Below are positions 50,590 through 63,292 of a stretch of DNA of 64,000 nt, piece by piece. Position 1 is the first letter of the stretch. Each line of letters starts with the position of its first letter. Source of the stretch: Sphyrna mokarran (lineage: Eukaryota); NCBI GenBank assembly GCA_024679065.1, contig JAGIQG010000017.1:40672001-40736000 (forward strand). The letters run 5' to 3'. Position numbers and translations under genes: made by a program. The notes under the pieces are model-generated. The model had not been told where the DNA came from, did no database searches, and saw only the letters and a program-made list of their open reading frames with translations.

Positions 50590-51110
50590 AGATGTGTTTT
50601 AAATTGTTTAGCTATTGACTTTGAGGTGTAGACTTGTACTACAACTGGAAAGATTTCAAAACCATTGTTAAGCAACATTGCTGCAAACAACCAATTCGTA
50701 GATTTTTGAAGGAAAAGGTGTAAGAAATAACTCGTGTCGGCACGGTAACCCAAACTTGCGAGTGAAAGGTACGAGCTATATTGTTGGAGGAGGATACAAT
50801 GGCAGGAATGAAGGAAATAAATCAAAGGATTTTATAATGTAGAATGAGAAATTTGAAATCCATTCATTGGGGAATTGGGAGTGGAAGCTGGATTTCATAC
50901 AGGATAGGATATGCAGCTGACAAAGTTATTTAGGATTCATGTACTGTGAAGTTTGAAGCCAACAAGGAAAGTCGAGACTTGCGATGGTATTCGTGGATTG
51001 CAAGTTTTAGTGGAATTGGAGTTTGACAGGCAAATTTGAGGTGTAAGTAGATGATGTTGATGTCTTTGTATGGTTTGAAGGTTAGCTCAGGGTCAAACTG
51101 GATACTGAAA
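50590..51110 (-). mobile_element. L2-like RT remnant
   Basis: GGTGTAAGTAGATGATGTTGATGTCTTTGTAT reads as a decayed YADD.QLY segment on the minus strand; the flanks are L2-like. Confidence 0.45.
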
Positions 51111-52519
51111 TTGCAATCTCTTGTACAGTGGTTACGGTATAGAAGGGGCCCATTGTGCGCATGTCTCCTGTGTAAAAGAACAACTCAGTTGTTACATTCC
51201 CCTGTCTTTTTCCCATAATCCTACAATTTATTTTGAGATAATTATCTAGTGTTCTCTTGAAAGCCCTGATTGAATTTGCCTTCACATTTTCGGGCAGTAT
51301 ATTCCATTTTTTTTTTTCCCCCCGTGTCACCTTTGGCTCCTTTGTTGTTCACTTTAAATTCTATTAGGAACAGTTTCTCATCTACTCTGTCCAGAACCCT
51401 CATCACACTCCCTTATCAAATCTCCTCTTAAACCTTCTTGAAGGAGAACAGCTCCAGCTTCTCCAATCACCTGAAGTTCCTCATCCTTGGAACAATTTTT
51501 GTAAATCTTTTCTGCCTGTTCTCCGGGCCTTCTCACCACAGCTGAAGTATGGTGCCCAGAATTGGGCACATGATTCCAATTGAACCTTTTTAAAAATGTT
51601 GTTTCTCACCATGTATCTCCGTGCATTTTTGCTGTATGCCTCTAGAAATCTCAGGTTCTCGCTTGCCTTTATTAACCACTTCCTCACTGACATCTTCATT
51701 TTGTGCACATTTGTCTCCTGGACCATCTGTACCTGCACCCTTTGAGTATATCCTTTTATTTAAATGATCTCTCTCATTCTTCCTCCCAGAATTTATCATT
51801 TCACATTTCTCTGTATTAAATCTCACCTGCTACATATTTGTGTATTCCACTAACCTATGACCTCTTGAAATCTATCACAGTTTCAATGTTTTGAAGTTTT
51901 GTGTCATCTGCAAATTTTGAAATTGGGCTTTGACAACCCAAGCTCGAATCATTAGTATTTTATCAAAAAAAAGCAGTAGTCTAATTCCTGGGGAACCCCA
52001 CTGCATACTTTCCTCCAGTCCAGGAAACAACCATTCACTACATTTCTACTTCCTGTCACTCAGCTAGCTTTGTATCTATTTTCCCACTGTCCCTTTTTAT
52101 TCCATGGTTTTTAACTTTGCTGATAAGCCTGTTGTGTAGGATTTTAGAAAGTGTCTTTTGGAAGTCCAAGTATGGCACATCAGTTGCATTATCATCAAAA
52201 AAACTCAAGTAAGTTGGTTAAACGCCACCTACTCTTAACAGTCAATGCTGGATTTCCTTAATTATTACATGTTTATCGAAGTAACTGACCTAGGTTGTTG
52301 TTTCTAAAAGCTTCCTACTGTTGAGATTAATCTTACTGATCTAAAGTTTCTAACCTTAACCCCATGTAATTGTGGCACCACTGCAAGGAGGATTGCAAGA
52401 TAATGGCCTGTGCCTCCATAATTTCTATTTTTACTTCCCTCATATTCCAGATAGATATGGTTCAGACCTGGTGACTTTTCAACTTAGAAATGCAGCCTAC
52501 TTTTTCTAATATTTCCTTC

Positions 52520-53490
52520 TCAGCTCTAAGGAGGCTGAAGCTTCAGGTGCAGCTGAAAGCTCGTAACCCAAAGAACTGATGGTGAGTGGAGCAATTGCAG
52601 GAGATCCAGCCGTTAGTTGACAATCAAAACGCATGACATTTCCATAGTGCAGTCAAGGCCACTTACAACCTCAAGCACTACTACACGTACTGGCCAAGAA
52701 TGGAGAGGTACTCGTGAATAACAGAGAATGCACCTGCTGAAAGGAACACTTTGAAGACCTCCTTAACAAAAACTCTGCGTTAATGGGAGTGCCCTCGACT
52801 TCATCCTAAAACATGCTATCCACCACCATCTCAACTCAACCCAGCCTGCCCAAGGTAGAAAAGGTCAGCCAACACCTAAAGCATCAAGAGTAGATGGAAT
52901 CTCTACTGAAGCATTAAACATGGAAGCATTATTGGCATGAACCCATGACCTAATGTTCCTGATCTTGAAGGGGAAGAACATGTCAGACGATCCCAGGACT
53001 ACCATGATCATGGCTACTTTCAAGCAAGGTGACAAATCCAACTGCAGTAACTACAGAGGAATTTTCCTGCTGTCGGCTGCAAGGAAGGTCATCACAAGAG
53101 TCTTTAATCAATTGCATCCATGATCCTGAGCAGCTGATTCACCACAGATCCAATTTGCTTTCGGACTGGGGTCAAGCAGGACTGTGTCATTACACCAACT
53201 CTCTTGATCTTGCTGCAACGCTCCTTTTCACCCTCGGCAAGCTTCTTGCTGGAGTGGAGCCAAACTAGACGACAATCTCTGCTACCTGCAGGCCAGATTT
53301 GAGGATATCCCATCTTCTGTCATGGAACTACAGTATGCAAACGATGCTGTACCCATTCTTGAGGCTGAGCTTCCAGCTGTCATCGCCACATTCATCGAGG
53401 CATACGAGAGTATGGAGCCTACGTTGGTAGTTCACAGTCACCTGAGAGCTCATCCTTGGCTCCAAGGGACTGTCTAAGGAGAAGAAGATA
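52520..53490 (+). mobile_element. RTE-clade LINE fragment nested in CR1
   Basis: DGISTEAL, FKQGDKSNCSNYRGIFLLSAARKVI, ELQYANDA; 3' end GGGACTGTCTAAGGAGAAGAAG. Confidence 0.85.
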
Positions 53491-53761
53491 ATCTCTTATC
53501 TATTTTTACCTCATTCAGTGTCTCAGCTATCTCTTTTTTTTTTCCATTATGACTTTGGCAGCATCTTTGTGCAGAGTACTCATTTAGTACCTCAGCCATG
53601 CATTGTGGCTTCATGTGCAAAACATCTTTTTCGGTCCCTAATTTTTGTCACTCCTTACACTATTCATATTAATTAAGACTTTTGGGTTTCCTCTTATTTA
53701 AGTTGCTTGTCTTTTCTCTTACTCGCTTGCTTTCATTTCATAAGGGAAGTGGAGAGCAAAC

Positions 53762-53987
53762 TTTTATTTTAAATGTTACACCATCCTTAAAGTTACAAAA
53801 CCAATGCTCAGAGTAGACTGAGGAGACCCAGTTGCATTCCTTGTTTGCTCCAAAAAAACAAACTTGCAATCCAATTTAAGCCAATTCATGGACCCCATGA
53901 GAGACAAACAATATCCAAGCTGATAAAGATTGCAGCACATCATAGGCTTGATCTGATGCTTGATCTTAGCCAAAAGGCCAAAGTGAA
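53762..53987 (-). mobile_element. SINE-like insertion with a U2 snRNA-derived head
   Basis: The minus strand begins TTCACTTTGGCCTTTTGGCTAAGATCAAG. Positions 53979-53959 match U2 snRNA nt 11-31 exactly. A non-U2 body follows, ending in an A-rich TTTAAAATAAAAG. Confidence 0.7.
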
Positions 53988-54235
53988 CTTCCTTTGTGGG
54001 AATGCATTTCGACTGTTCCTGAAGCAGTTCCTGTTAAAAGGCAACCTATTATTTCTCTAAAGCTTTGCTTGCCAATCTTTGGTTCTAATTTACCTGGGCC
54101 AGATCCATTCTCTCTCTATTGAAATTGGCCCTTCTCCAATTAATTATTCTGATTCTGATCCTTGTTCTTTCTTCTTACTAACTTGTGCCTTATGATACAG
54201 TGATTTCTGCTTTCCAATTGAGTTTCTGTTTTAAC

Positions 54236-54269
54236 CACACACACACCACCACCACCACCACCACCACCA
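54236..54269. repeat. Compound microsatellite (CA)n-(CCA)n
   Basis: CACACACACACCACCACCACCACCACCACCACCA read directly. Confidence 0.9.
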
Positions 54270-54589
54270 ATGCATTGGCAATCATTTGACACTAATTTGC
54301 TCTTTGGAATAATTAAGCATAATTGGCAAGTATCATAGATTAAACCAGATAAATCTAGACAGTAGCTTGTGAAGAAAGATGTATTATAGCTACTGTTAAA
54401 TAGATGGGCTAAGGTAACAAGTCTAATTTTCCCCTTTATAGATATTTTCTGTGAATAAATATGTAGGGAGGCTTTTTGAATATTAGATTAATTTACGCCG
54501 ACAATATGATTGTAAAACTTGCCAGTTTGAATTTCATCCTCTTTGAATCAAGATTTAAATAACTTTAAAGTCTTTCTTGCTTTAGTCCA

Positions 54590-54760
54590 TGGCTGGAATC
54601 TTCTGGCATCCTGTCAGCAGTAGGTTTCTTGGCAGCGAAAGGTTGTGCGCTCTTTGTTAGCGGCAGAATCTTCTGGCCCACTGCTGTCCATGGGATTTCT
54701 CATTATAGCCATCCCACACTGCCAGGAAACACTAGCTAACAGCTGGAGAATTCCAGCCCA
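54590..54760. mobile_element. MITE-like element with terminal inverted repeats
   Basis: TGGCTGGAATCTTCTGGC ... GCTGGAGAATTCCAGCCCA; non-coding, ~170 nt. Confidence 0.65.
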
Positions 54761-55756
54761 TGCTTGTTATGTGTAATTGATTATGGTTGAAACAAATAAC
54801 AATGCCTCAACTTAAGTGGCAGCATTAACCTGATTCATCAAGTTGATGTTCTCCTCCTACTTGGAAAGCCCTCAAATCACCAAGATAATTGACATATTCA
54901 AACTAATACCAGGCTATCTCCAATTTTGATTAAGTTTCTTCTGAAAGGCAAATATGTAAGCTTGATTAATGGAATTCGAGATGAAGAACGAGGTAAGAAA
55001 TTGGCTGAAAAAAGGAATAGCAATACTTGTAGGAGAAATGATGTTAGTATGTAATGTAGGAAGTACTGAGTGATTTCCTCTGGAATTAGTGCTGGGTTTT
55101 TAAATTAATTTAAATTTACATTTACAAGCTCAAATCAAATTAGGAAAAATAGCATATTAAGTGGCGGAAGGGGTGGCGTTGATCAGTCAGTAAAAGAGAT
55201 AAGGTGGCTAGACAGATGGTTAAATGCTAAATGGCCAGTGCAGTGGGAACTGCCCCCTATCATTGATGTAAGTGATGATAGAAATATCAAGAAGTTCATT
55301 TTTAATGGTGTCCCTGACTGCCACCTGTCATTCCAGACCAGTTAATTGCCCTTCTGATTGTGACTGAAATGCAGGTACAAAGATTTGCAGCTAACATATG
55401 ATGACAGCAGTTCCCTCACATCAGCTGGAAATTATAGAATTTTAGGTGGGTGACTACTTGTCCATTGCATGAGAAATGGTTTTTTGCTAAAGGAATCCAA
55501 AACTAATCTTTTCCATGCTTTTTCCACAGTGCATGCTTGCATAGTGGTCAAATTATCACACTCAATCTGTGGAAACAAAGTATTGGCTTGTTTACGAGCA
55601 AATGCAGTCCCAAGACCTAAGCTGTAATGAACTATCAGGTATACCAAAACTGACACTTGTGTTACTACTGTAACAATGTTACTGTAACACAGGATGTAAT
55701 AAAGAAAAGGGTGTGTTGTGAATCTTTTTCTTCTGCTTGAGCTCTCTGCCCGAAAG

Positions 55757-55908
55757 TAGATCTGACCCACTGCATCTTAATGTCCACTAAGTGGAACAAG
55801 GCGCAGATGCTGAATCCACCCTAGTCAGAATGGGGATTGAACCCTATGTTGTTGGTACCAATCTGATTGACAGTAGCCGCCCAGCTAACTGAGTTAACCC
55901 GTCCACCA
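55757..55908 (-). mobile_element. Short tRNA-derived SINE
   Basis: Minus strand has A-box-like GGTTAACTCAGTTAGCTGG and B-box GGGTTCAATCCC. Confidence 0.65.
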
Positions 55909-56029
55909 AGGAATCCGAGTTGCTTTGGCAGCATACATTTTTGCATGCTTATTGTAGCCTGGAGCTCTGGGCAGTGATGGTGTTCACATGTTTTTCCATC
56001 ACGTGGATGTGATGACTAACCAGGAATCT

Positions 56030-56187
56030 TTCCTACTCTTCCACCATCCATTGGCATTTGTTGAAAGGTGACCTGTTGGCCGTGTTCTGACCACATTCCT
56101 TGACCCATCAGGTCCTGGAGTGGGATCTGAACCCATAGTTACTGACTCGAGGTAGGGATACAAACCACTGTGCCACAAGGCCTCCCA
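56030..56187 (-). mobile_element. tRNA-derived SINE head
   Basis: The minus strand reads GGGAGGCCTTGTGGCACAGTGG...GGGTTCAGATCCCACTCCAGG. Confidence 0.65.
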
Positions 56188-59089
56188 TGTAGCTGAATTA
56201 GAATTCTACAAGTCGAAAGGTTTTGATGCTGAAGCTGGATGCACCCAACTTGGAGATATGTGCAGATTTAGTCAGTGAGATACAGGAAAGTACTTGCGTT
56301 TCTGACGTTTTCAATAATGCTGATTGTTCCCAATTTGAAAGCAGTACAGAGAACTATGAAAAGGATTTCAAGATAGCAATTCTTCCTATCACTTCTGATC
56401 ACTATGTATAGTGACATTATAAATGTGGATTAAGGTTTCTTCAGTTTAGTATTTCTGATGAAAGCTTAATGCCTCAGGATGTGTTTACATTTTTAACAGG
56501 ACTAAATCATTTTTGAAAATACAACTACAGTTTTGCCATTTGTTCTATTTGGAGAAATTTTTTGAACTGTGCATTTGTTTTTCCACTGCGTAATTGAATA
56601 GCAGGGAAAAAGGAATATTAGCTTTGTGAAGTCTTTGTGACCCCTGCTGGATGGAATGAATACACCATGCAATTTCAGCATGTTATGTATATAGTGAGAG
56701 GTTATATTTAGTCACATAGTTCAACTTCACATTTGTCCTTATTGACCTTTTGTACCTGTAGAGTTCCACACATATGTTTAATACTAATGAACTTAAACAA
56801 AAATTATTAGCTTTATTAATCACTGTTTATGCATGGATCTTTTGCTCTGTTCTCCCCCTTAGCTCAAAACTGGAAATATCTGTGTTTGGCACATACTTGA
56901 TCAAGTTAATGAATATTAGAGAAGTGAACTTCCAAAACTATCAACATAACCTGATCCTTTGTTCCTTGTTTTTTTTTAAATTAACCACTGGTGAAACAGC
57001 ATTGTTCAGGAAATATAACCTTGTCTAGCATGCTATCGGTAAGTATAGTCCAACACTTAATGTGCCTAAATAGTTCACTAAAAGCTTGTATCTTTGGTTT
57101 AAAAGATATTTGCAAACTCTGCTTTAAAAAGAAAAGACATTGATTTGTACTTTTATATTTCTGTTTAATCATTGATTCAGACAATAAATACAATGTACTT
57201 AAATATTTTTATCCAACATTCTCTGAGCTTTCAGCCCACATGTTGTTTGTCATTCCATAGCTCAAAACATAGCCAGTCTAGTGCCAGGTCCCTACTGGCT
57301 GGAACCAGCTGCTAAGAGATGGGTAGATTGACTCACCCTCTGATTTTCACTGTTTCATGGAAAAGGACATAATTTACATTGCCTCTAACTAAAATGTTCC
57401 GCTGAGATCAAATACTGTTGGAGTGCAGTGTGTTAGTTTCCTAACTATGCTGGGCCATGGGACTGACTCAATGTATGACATATTTTCACCAAGGCACTTG
57501 AGAAACACTTACTAAATAATTATGTTTGTATAGAGTGTATTAACATAACACATATGCTTTTGAAAATTAAACAAATGATTCAACATCAGTGAATATGTTT
57601 AACATTGAATGCAAAATTTGGGTTACTAAGAATTGGCTCAAATTGCAATCTGTCTTTCATCAGCTGCTAACAAAATGTATGATCATGTTATTGCTTTGCT
57701 TTAGGATTTTGTTCAAATTGATGTAGCTGCATGGTTTTGTTTTACTGTTTATGTTGAGGTTGAAGGCCATGTTACCCATGCCTCATTGCCAATCCTTGGT
57801 GCCTCCTCTTTGAAAGCTCCAGTCCTGTGCTAATCATGTATCCACATGGTGTTCATCTTGCTACTTGATGTGCCATATGCACAAAAGCAGCCTCTGGATC
57901 TGAAGGCATTTTGGCACTGACATTACTGTTGACAGTACAGTCACATTACTGAATTTGCCTTGGAATCAGCTGCTGGTGCACTTCACATTCATCCTAAAAA
58001 TATGGTCATATGATCATCAACACTGTGCCGTGAGTCTGTTTACCAACTTTCTTCCAGTTCCATCCTGTTAAGTGATTCTGTCAATCCTGCTTAAGCATTT
58101 GTATCAGCAGGAAATTTTTTCTTGAATCATAGAGAGAGGCTAGGTAACAATTCATTAGAAGGATTTTTTTCCTGTGGCACCTTTTGGTATTTCTCAACCA
58201 TGTTGGGCCTAATTTTTGATCTGTTAAATAGCTGTTTTCAACAGTTGCAGACAAAGGCCTATATCATCTGGTTTCTGAAAACGTTAGCCAGAAAAATCCA
58301 TTTGTCCCTCCTATGCTGCAGAGTTTAGTACTTAAGTAACGTCGCTTTTCTATTCTTCCCACTAAACTGGACAAGTTACAGTTTTCCACATTATGCTCCC
58401 TTCTGTCAATCTTTTCCCCGCACTTTATTGAATGCATTTGGAAAGGTTAAAGAATCCTGGGATAGGCCAGTTACAGAAATGTATTATAAGAGAGAATGGG
58501 CATCATGAAAGTTTATTGATTGCAAATGGAAGATTATAACTATTGTATTTTGTAGAACTAGAAGTAATCAATCTCAAGGGTTAGTGTTTGACTCACTTTA
58601 GTGTGACAATGGCCTTTTAAGAAAAAAAGGTTTATATACTTCAAGATGGGCAGGGGAGAAAAGCCTTGGACCATATTTGTTCTTTATCCTTTGTTTGATT
58701 TCATTCTATGCATCAGCGATTTAGTTTACTCCACTTGCCACCGCCCTTGTCTTGTGTACACTCACATTCGCAATCTCCCTCCTTGTCTGTCTCTTGCCCA
58801 AAGACACAAGAACAAAGCGTCCAATTTGAGAAATGTCTTGACAAATGTTCCTCACTGATCCTTTGTAGATAATTGGGAAATTCCAGATTCACCATTATTA
58901 TCCAGAAAAAAAATCCCTGCTTTTCAAATCCTTTCATATGCAATACTCATCTTGCTTTGCAGGCATCTATGTAACATCTTCATGATGGTTTCAGTTCCAT
59001 AGGTCAATCACCCTCTGAGAACAAGATACCAATTTTTTTGATATCTCAAAATTGGAGGGTTTTGGCAATCAGCATATTTTGAAATGAAA

Positions 59090-59330
59090 GAACTTGAATT
59101 TATAGAATGACTGTCACATCCTTGGACCATCCCAAATTTCTTCACGACCAGTTGATTACTTTTTGATGTGCTATCTAGATTTTCTACGTAACAAATGCAT
59201 AGACAATTTATGCAGGGGCAAAGTTGCATATGATTTGGTGGTGTTGACTAGGACGTAAGGAGAACTTTTGCCTCTCTTCAAATATACCATAAGGATTTTT
59301 TTAATATCAACCATTTGGCATGGAAGAGTT
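59090..59330 (-). mobile_element. Deu-SINE 3' part
   Basis: CACATCCTTGGACCATCCCAAATTTCTTCACGACCAGTTGATTACTTTTTGA...CTCTCTTCAAATATACCATAAGGATTTTT. Confidence 0.55.
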
Positions 59331-59429
59331 AGCAGAATGGGAACACAGGTGGCATATGAAGTAATGCATGAGAAAAAACCCAGCGAAGGCATTATAAACT
59401 CAACTGAAATGCATTGGAAAATGTAAGCA

Positions 59430-60045
59430 GCTGAATGAACTAAAAAGGGTACAAATACAGAATTGTGACTTGAAAATGCCAGTATATAAAGCCATAAAAA
59501 GCTCTTTAGCATTGTGCTTTACTGTAAAAAGGGACACTAGAACAAAGGGACCTAAGTTTTTAACACGGCACCAGAGAACAGTGTGCAGTTTTAATTGCCA
59601 TGTTAGAGAAAATTTGTTAAAGCTATAAAGAATGTGTAGCACAGATTAACCAGTGTCGATGCTAGAAATCTCTGGTTATGAGCAGAGACTTGAGATAATA
59701 AAACCATTTGTTGGTGCAAAGAATATCATGAAATATTTGATAATGTGAATATGAAAAGACCATTTCCTTTGAATGTTGATAAAAGGAGTCCATTTTAGAT
59801 CCTTGTGCAATGAGAAGAATGATCAGGAAAATTTCTTTATGTAATGTAAGAGCATGAGTGTTTTGTTGTAGAGAATAGTTGAGGCATCAACTATTGCATC
59901 TCAGGATAGCAGAAGGGCATTTGAAGCAGAGGAGGGTGTGGAGAGAGCATGACTTATGGCATTAGTTTAAGACTGCTTTAACTAAAAATCAGTGCAAATT
60001 AAGTGAGCCAGTAGGTCACCTTCCATGCTGCCAGTTTCTACAATT
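59430..60045 (+). mobile_element. Old CR1 3' fragment
   Basis: CACCAGAGAACAGTGTGCAGTTTTAATTGCC (HLEYCVQFW-like), GGTTATGAGCAGAGACTT, GAGAATAGTTGAGGCA. Confidence 0.55.
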
Positions 60046-60597
60046 GTCTCGACCTTTATAATGTAACAAAATAAAAGTTTCAACTAGCATATCATTTCCA
60101 AAAAAAATGTATCTTGCGTTCCAAGCCCAAGGTGACCTACTAGAATCCAAGTCATTGTTCTTTTGTAAATGACGCAAACAGCCTAGAAGGGCTATGGAGC
60201 ACCATATAAGGGTTCATGGTTTGAATTGTCACGTTTTCTTCAATGGAAACAAAAATCTAGACAGCCCACGTAAACTGCAGTGTTGTGAATCTGGAGAGGA
60301 ACCTATTAACCTTATTGTGCAAAAATGCATTAGTGCATTTTTAATCCTCCATCCTTTAAAAATGGCTGTTGGACACGAAAGCCTAAAGAAGAGGTATCTG
60401 AGGATAGTACATGAAATGTAATATTTACAAGTTTGATCTTTTGGCTTATTCTTAATTACCTTAATATTCTTGCGTTAATTGTTCTTGATATTAATTATTT
60501 CATTTTCCTTTAGTAAAGTTTGATTTTACATCACATCCATTTTCTTTAATGTAAAAATTTTGGTCTCCATTGTTATGTTTTTTCCCCCTTGCTTTAG

Positions 60598-60728
60598 GTC
60601 CAGTTGTTTATGTATTGGATCTTGCAGACCGCCTCATCTCGAAAGCATGTCCCTTTGCAGCTGCTGGGATCATGGTGGGTTCAATTTATTGGACAGCTGT
60701 TACTTATGGAGCTGTGACAGTTATGCAG
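60598..60728 (+). CDS. MARCHF5: MARCHF5 coding exon 3, 131 nt (first transmembrane helix)
   Basis: Acceptor ttttccccccttgctttAG-type pyrimidine tract then GT CCA; donor CAG|GTAACA. Translates (G)PVVYVLDLADRLISKACPFAAAGIMVGSIYWTAVTYGAVTVMQ. Phase 1 to phase 0. The ORF track shows a different frame here. Confidence 0.97.
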
Positions 60729-60864
60729 GTAACATAGTGATTTGCATGTATCTGTGAAAGTATCTTGAATTTTCTTTTTTGTTTGGTGGTTATGCTTTGG
60801 CAAGCATGCTGCATGCAAAAATAAATTTAAAATCTACAAAAGCCTTGAGGTGCAATTGTTATCA

Positions 60865-61660
60865 TAACATAAGAGATGGCAGGAGAAGGCTATACTGTGC
60901 TTCAAGCCTGCTTTGCCTTTCGGTGCAATAATGGCTGATCTGGGGTTTAAAATTCTACTTCTTTGCTAGCTGTCCATATCCCTTGAAATCCTGAGTGAGA
61001 CCAAAGCTCTGCATATCCAACCTTTAAATATATTCAATAGTGAAGCATCCACAATTCTTTGGGGCAAAGAATTCCAAAGATTCACAATCAAGTAAAAAAA
61101 TTTCTTCTCATCTCAATCTTAAATTGTCAATCCCATATTTTGAAACTGTGGCCATATCCTAGATTCCCCAACCAGTGGAAGCAATTGTGATGTCTACTCT
61201 ATCAAGCCCCTTTAGAAATTTTTATTCACTTCTCATTCTTCCAAACTCCAGAGATTATAGGACCAATTTACTCATGATCTCATCATAGGACAGTCCTCTT
61301 CACAAGGACTCATCGAATCAATCTTCACTGTACTGCCTTCAATGCAAGTGTGTCCTCCCTAAGATATGGAGACCAAAATTGCACATAGAATTCCAATTGT
61401 GGTCTCAGAAAAACACTATATAATTTAATAAGATTTCTTCATTCCTGTATTCCAGTCACCTTGCAGAGGGCATCATACCATTTGCCTTCCCAATTGTTTG
61501 TACATGTATGCTAACTTGAGTTCCTTCACAAGGACACCCAGTCTTGCTCAACATCAATATTTACAAGTCTCCCGTCTTAAAAATCAGCTTTTCTATTCTT
61601 ACAATCAAAGTGAAACACCTCACACTTTCCCACATTATATTTGATCTTTACCATGTTGTT
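60865..61660 (-). mobile_element. CR1 3' fragment
   Basis: Tail CATAACATAAGAG...ATGGCTGATC; GAATTCCAAAGATTCAC (VNLWNS); GGAGACCAAAATTGCACATA (CVQFWSP); CACACTTTCCCACATT. Confidence 0.88.
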
Positions 61661-61966
61661 TTCAAAATTTGTTTACTGTGTTAATATTCTTGTGGCATAG
61701 AAGAAAAGAATGGTATTGCTGGTTACCTAAGCAGTGTTTGCATGGTAAATTGTGATTCATTTCTCTGAAATTCTCCAAGGCTACCTGCACTTTTTTAAGA
61801 ACAGCTCTACATATAATTCACTTTCATGTACCATTGTTTTAATCCTAGATTTTTATTTCCAAATGAATACATATATTTGTAGAATTAAAACACTAAAAAC
61901 TTTGTTTGTGAAATTAGAAAATTCTGAAACATTGAACTTAATACCTGCTATATTAGTTAGACCAGT

Positions 61967-63197
61967 TATTACAATCCCAATTGATACTACAGAACGAGAA
62001 GGTCCCAGAGTGGAACCCTGGCTCAAAAGACTAACTTTAATTTTTTTAGAAATCATGGATGAAGAGAGCCACAGCACTGGCAACCAAAAAAAAAATTAAA
62101 CATGAAAAATTTGAATATATTACAACACTCCTTCACGCCATCTATTTCTTCACATGTATGCAGATTATAAGATTAGGTTACAATGTACATCTAGTGCCAT
62201 AATGTTCTCACTATATACACTGTATCTGTAAACCAACAAGCCAACTGTGGTCAGACATGCCCCACTCTGAAATCATATGGCAGATGCCTTCCAGTCAAAC
62301 CTCTGAGGATTTCTCCTCAAATTGCCCTAGTTGATGATTATACTGAGTCAACTAGTCACACTGGTTTCTGAATCTCTCACCCAAACATAAATTTTTCCCA
62401 AACTCCACTTTCAAATACATGTCTAGAATCATCTTCCAAATGCTTTCCCTCTGCTGTTTTCAGCAAGGATTCACTACCAAGATTTCCAACGTCCTTCCAG
62501 TATTATTCTGTCATGAATTGTCACGTGTTCAAGCTTCCACATGATTTTCAGCCACTTTAATAGGACACTGTTACATTATAAGCTGTACTAAAGTCAGCAG
62601 CCATAAGATTGCCTCAGATATCTGCCTTCTACTAACCAACTTCACCAGGTCTGTATTCTACAACTTGGACTTTAATTCAGAGTCTCTGCCCCTTTCTTAA
62701 CTTTGGTGAATAATGTGTTTGTTTGGTTTTCTGTTCCTTTGACTTCAAGTTGCCTCGACTTCTCTTTTCATTCCCTGGTTTCTGGAGCCATCTGTTGTTT
62801 AGTTTCTAAGACTTTCTTCCCATTACTGTGCTGTCCTGCTTCTGGCAGAGCTATGAGAGCTGCCTTCTTTCACTATCTAACTCCAACTACTTTGGATCCA
62901 TTTAAAAACTAAACTCATAGGTTTTTCTGACCTAAAGATGGTCCCTGTTTGCTAAGCAACAGCCTAGTTCTCCTCTTTAAACCCTGTTTGCTTTTCACAT
63001 CATAAGCACTCTAATCACAACAAAGTTTGAAATGAAACCAAAACCCCCATACAGGGAATATTTTTGTTTAACATGAATCTAATTAAAGTTTTAACCCTCT
63101 CTTACACAGAAACACTAACTTAAACTTAAATTTATCTTGCTTCTAATTTACAACAATACAAACATATAGATTACTTAAAACAGTCTGTTTCATGACA
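61967..63197 (-). mobile_element. Solo-LTR-like element (~1.2 kb)
   Basis: Termini TATTACAATCCC (decayed TGTTAC) ... TTTCATGACA, flanked by CAGT/CTGT (possible degenerate 4-bp TSD). Homologous to 9696-10830. Strand is tentative. Confidence 0.6.
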
Positions 63198-63292
63198 CTG
63201 TTGATTTTGTTCAGTTTTAGTATTAGTAATATTGGCTAGATTACTATTATGGATTTACCATTATGGATAATGTGGATTTTTGCATTTTGAAG

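Larger units (their letters stand above)
51120..54215 (-). mobile_element. Long degenerate CR1 (EN-RT-3' UTR) hosting an RTE and a U2-headed insertion
   Basis: QLESCAQFWAPY, RFNTEKCEMI, GTGTCATCTGCAAATTT (KFADDT), CCTGGGGAACCCCACT (SGVPQ), and NWRRANF near 54120. Confidence 0.85.

Noticed and set aside
53945-53987. Functional U2 snRNA gene
   Set aside because: Only ~31 nt of U2 are present; the branch-point recognition sequence, Sm site and 3' stem-loops are absent.
9696-63197. Single giant LTR element bounded by the two related LTR-like repeats
   Set aside because: The copies are strongly diverged, 52 kb apart, enclose conserved host exons, and no gag/pol is seen next to them.
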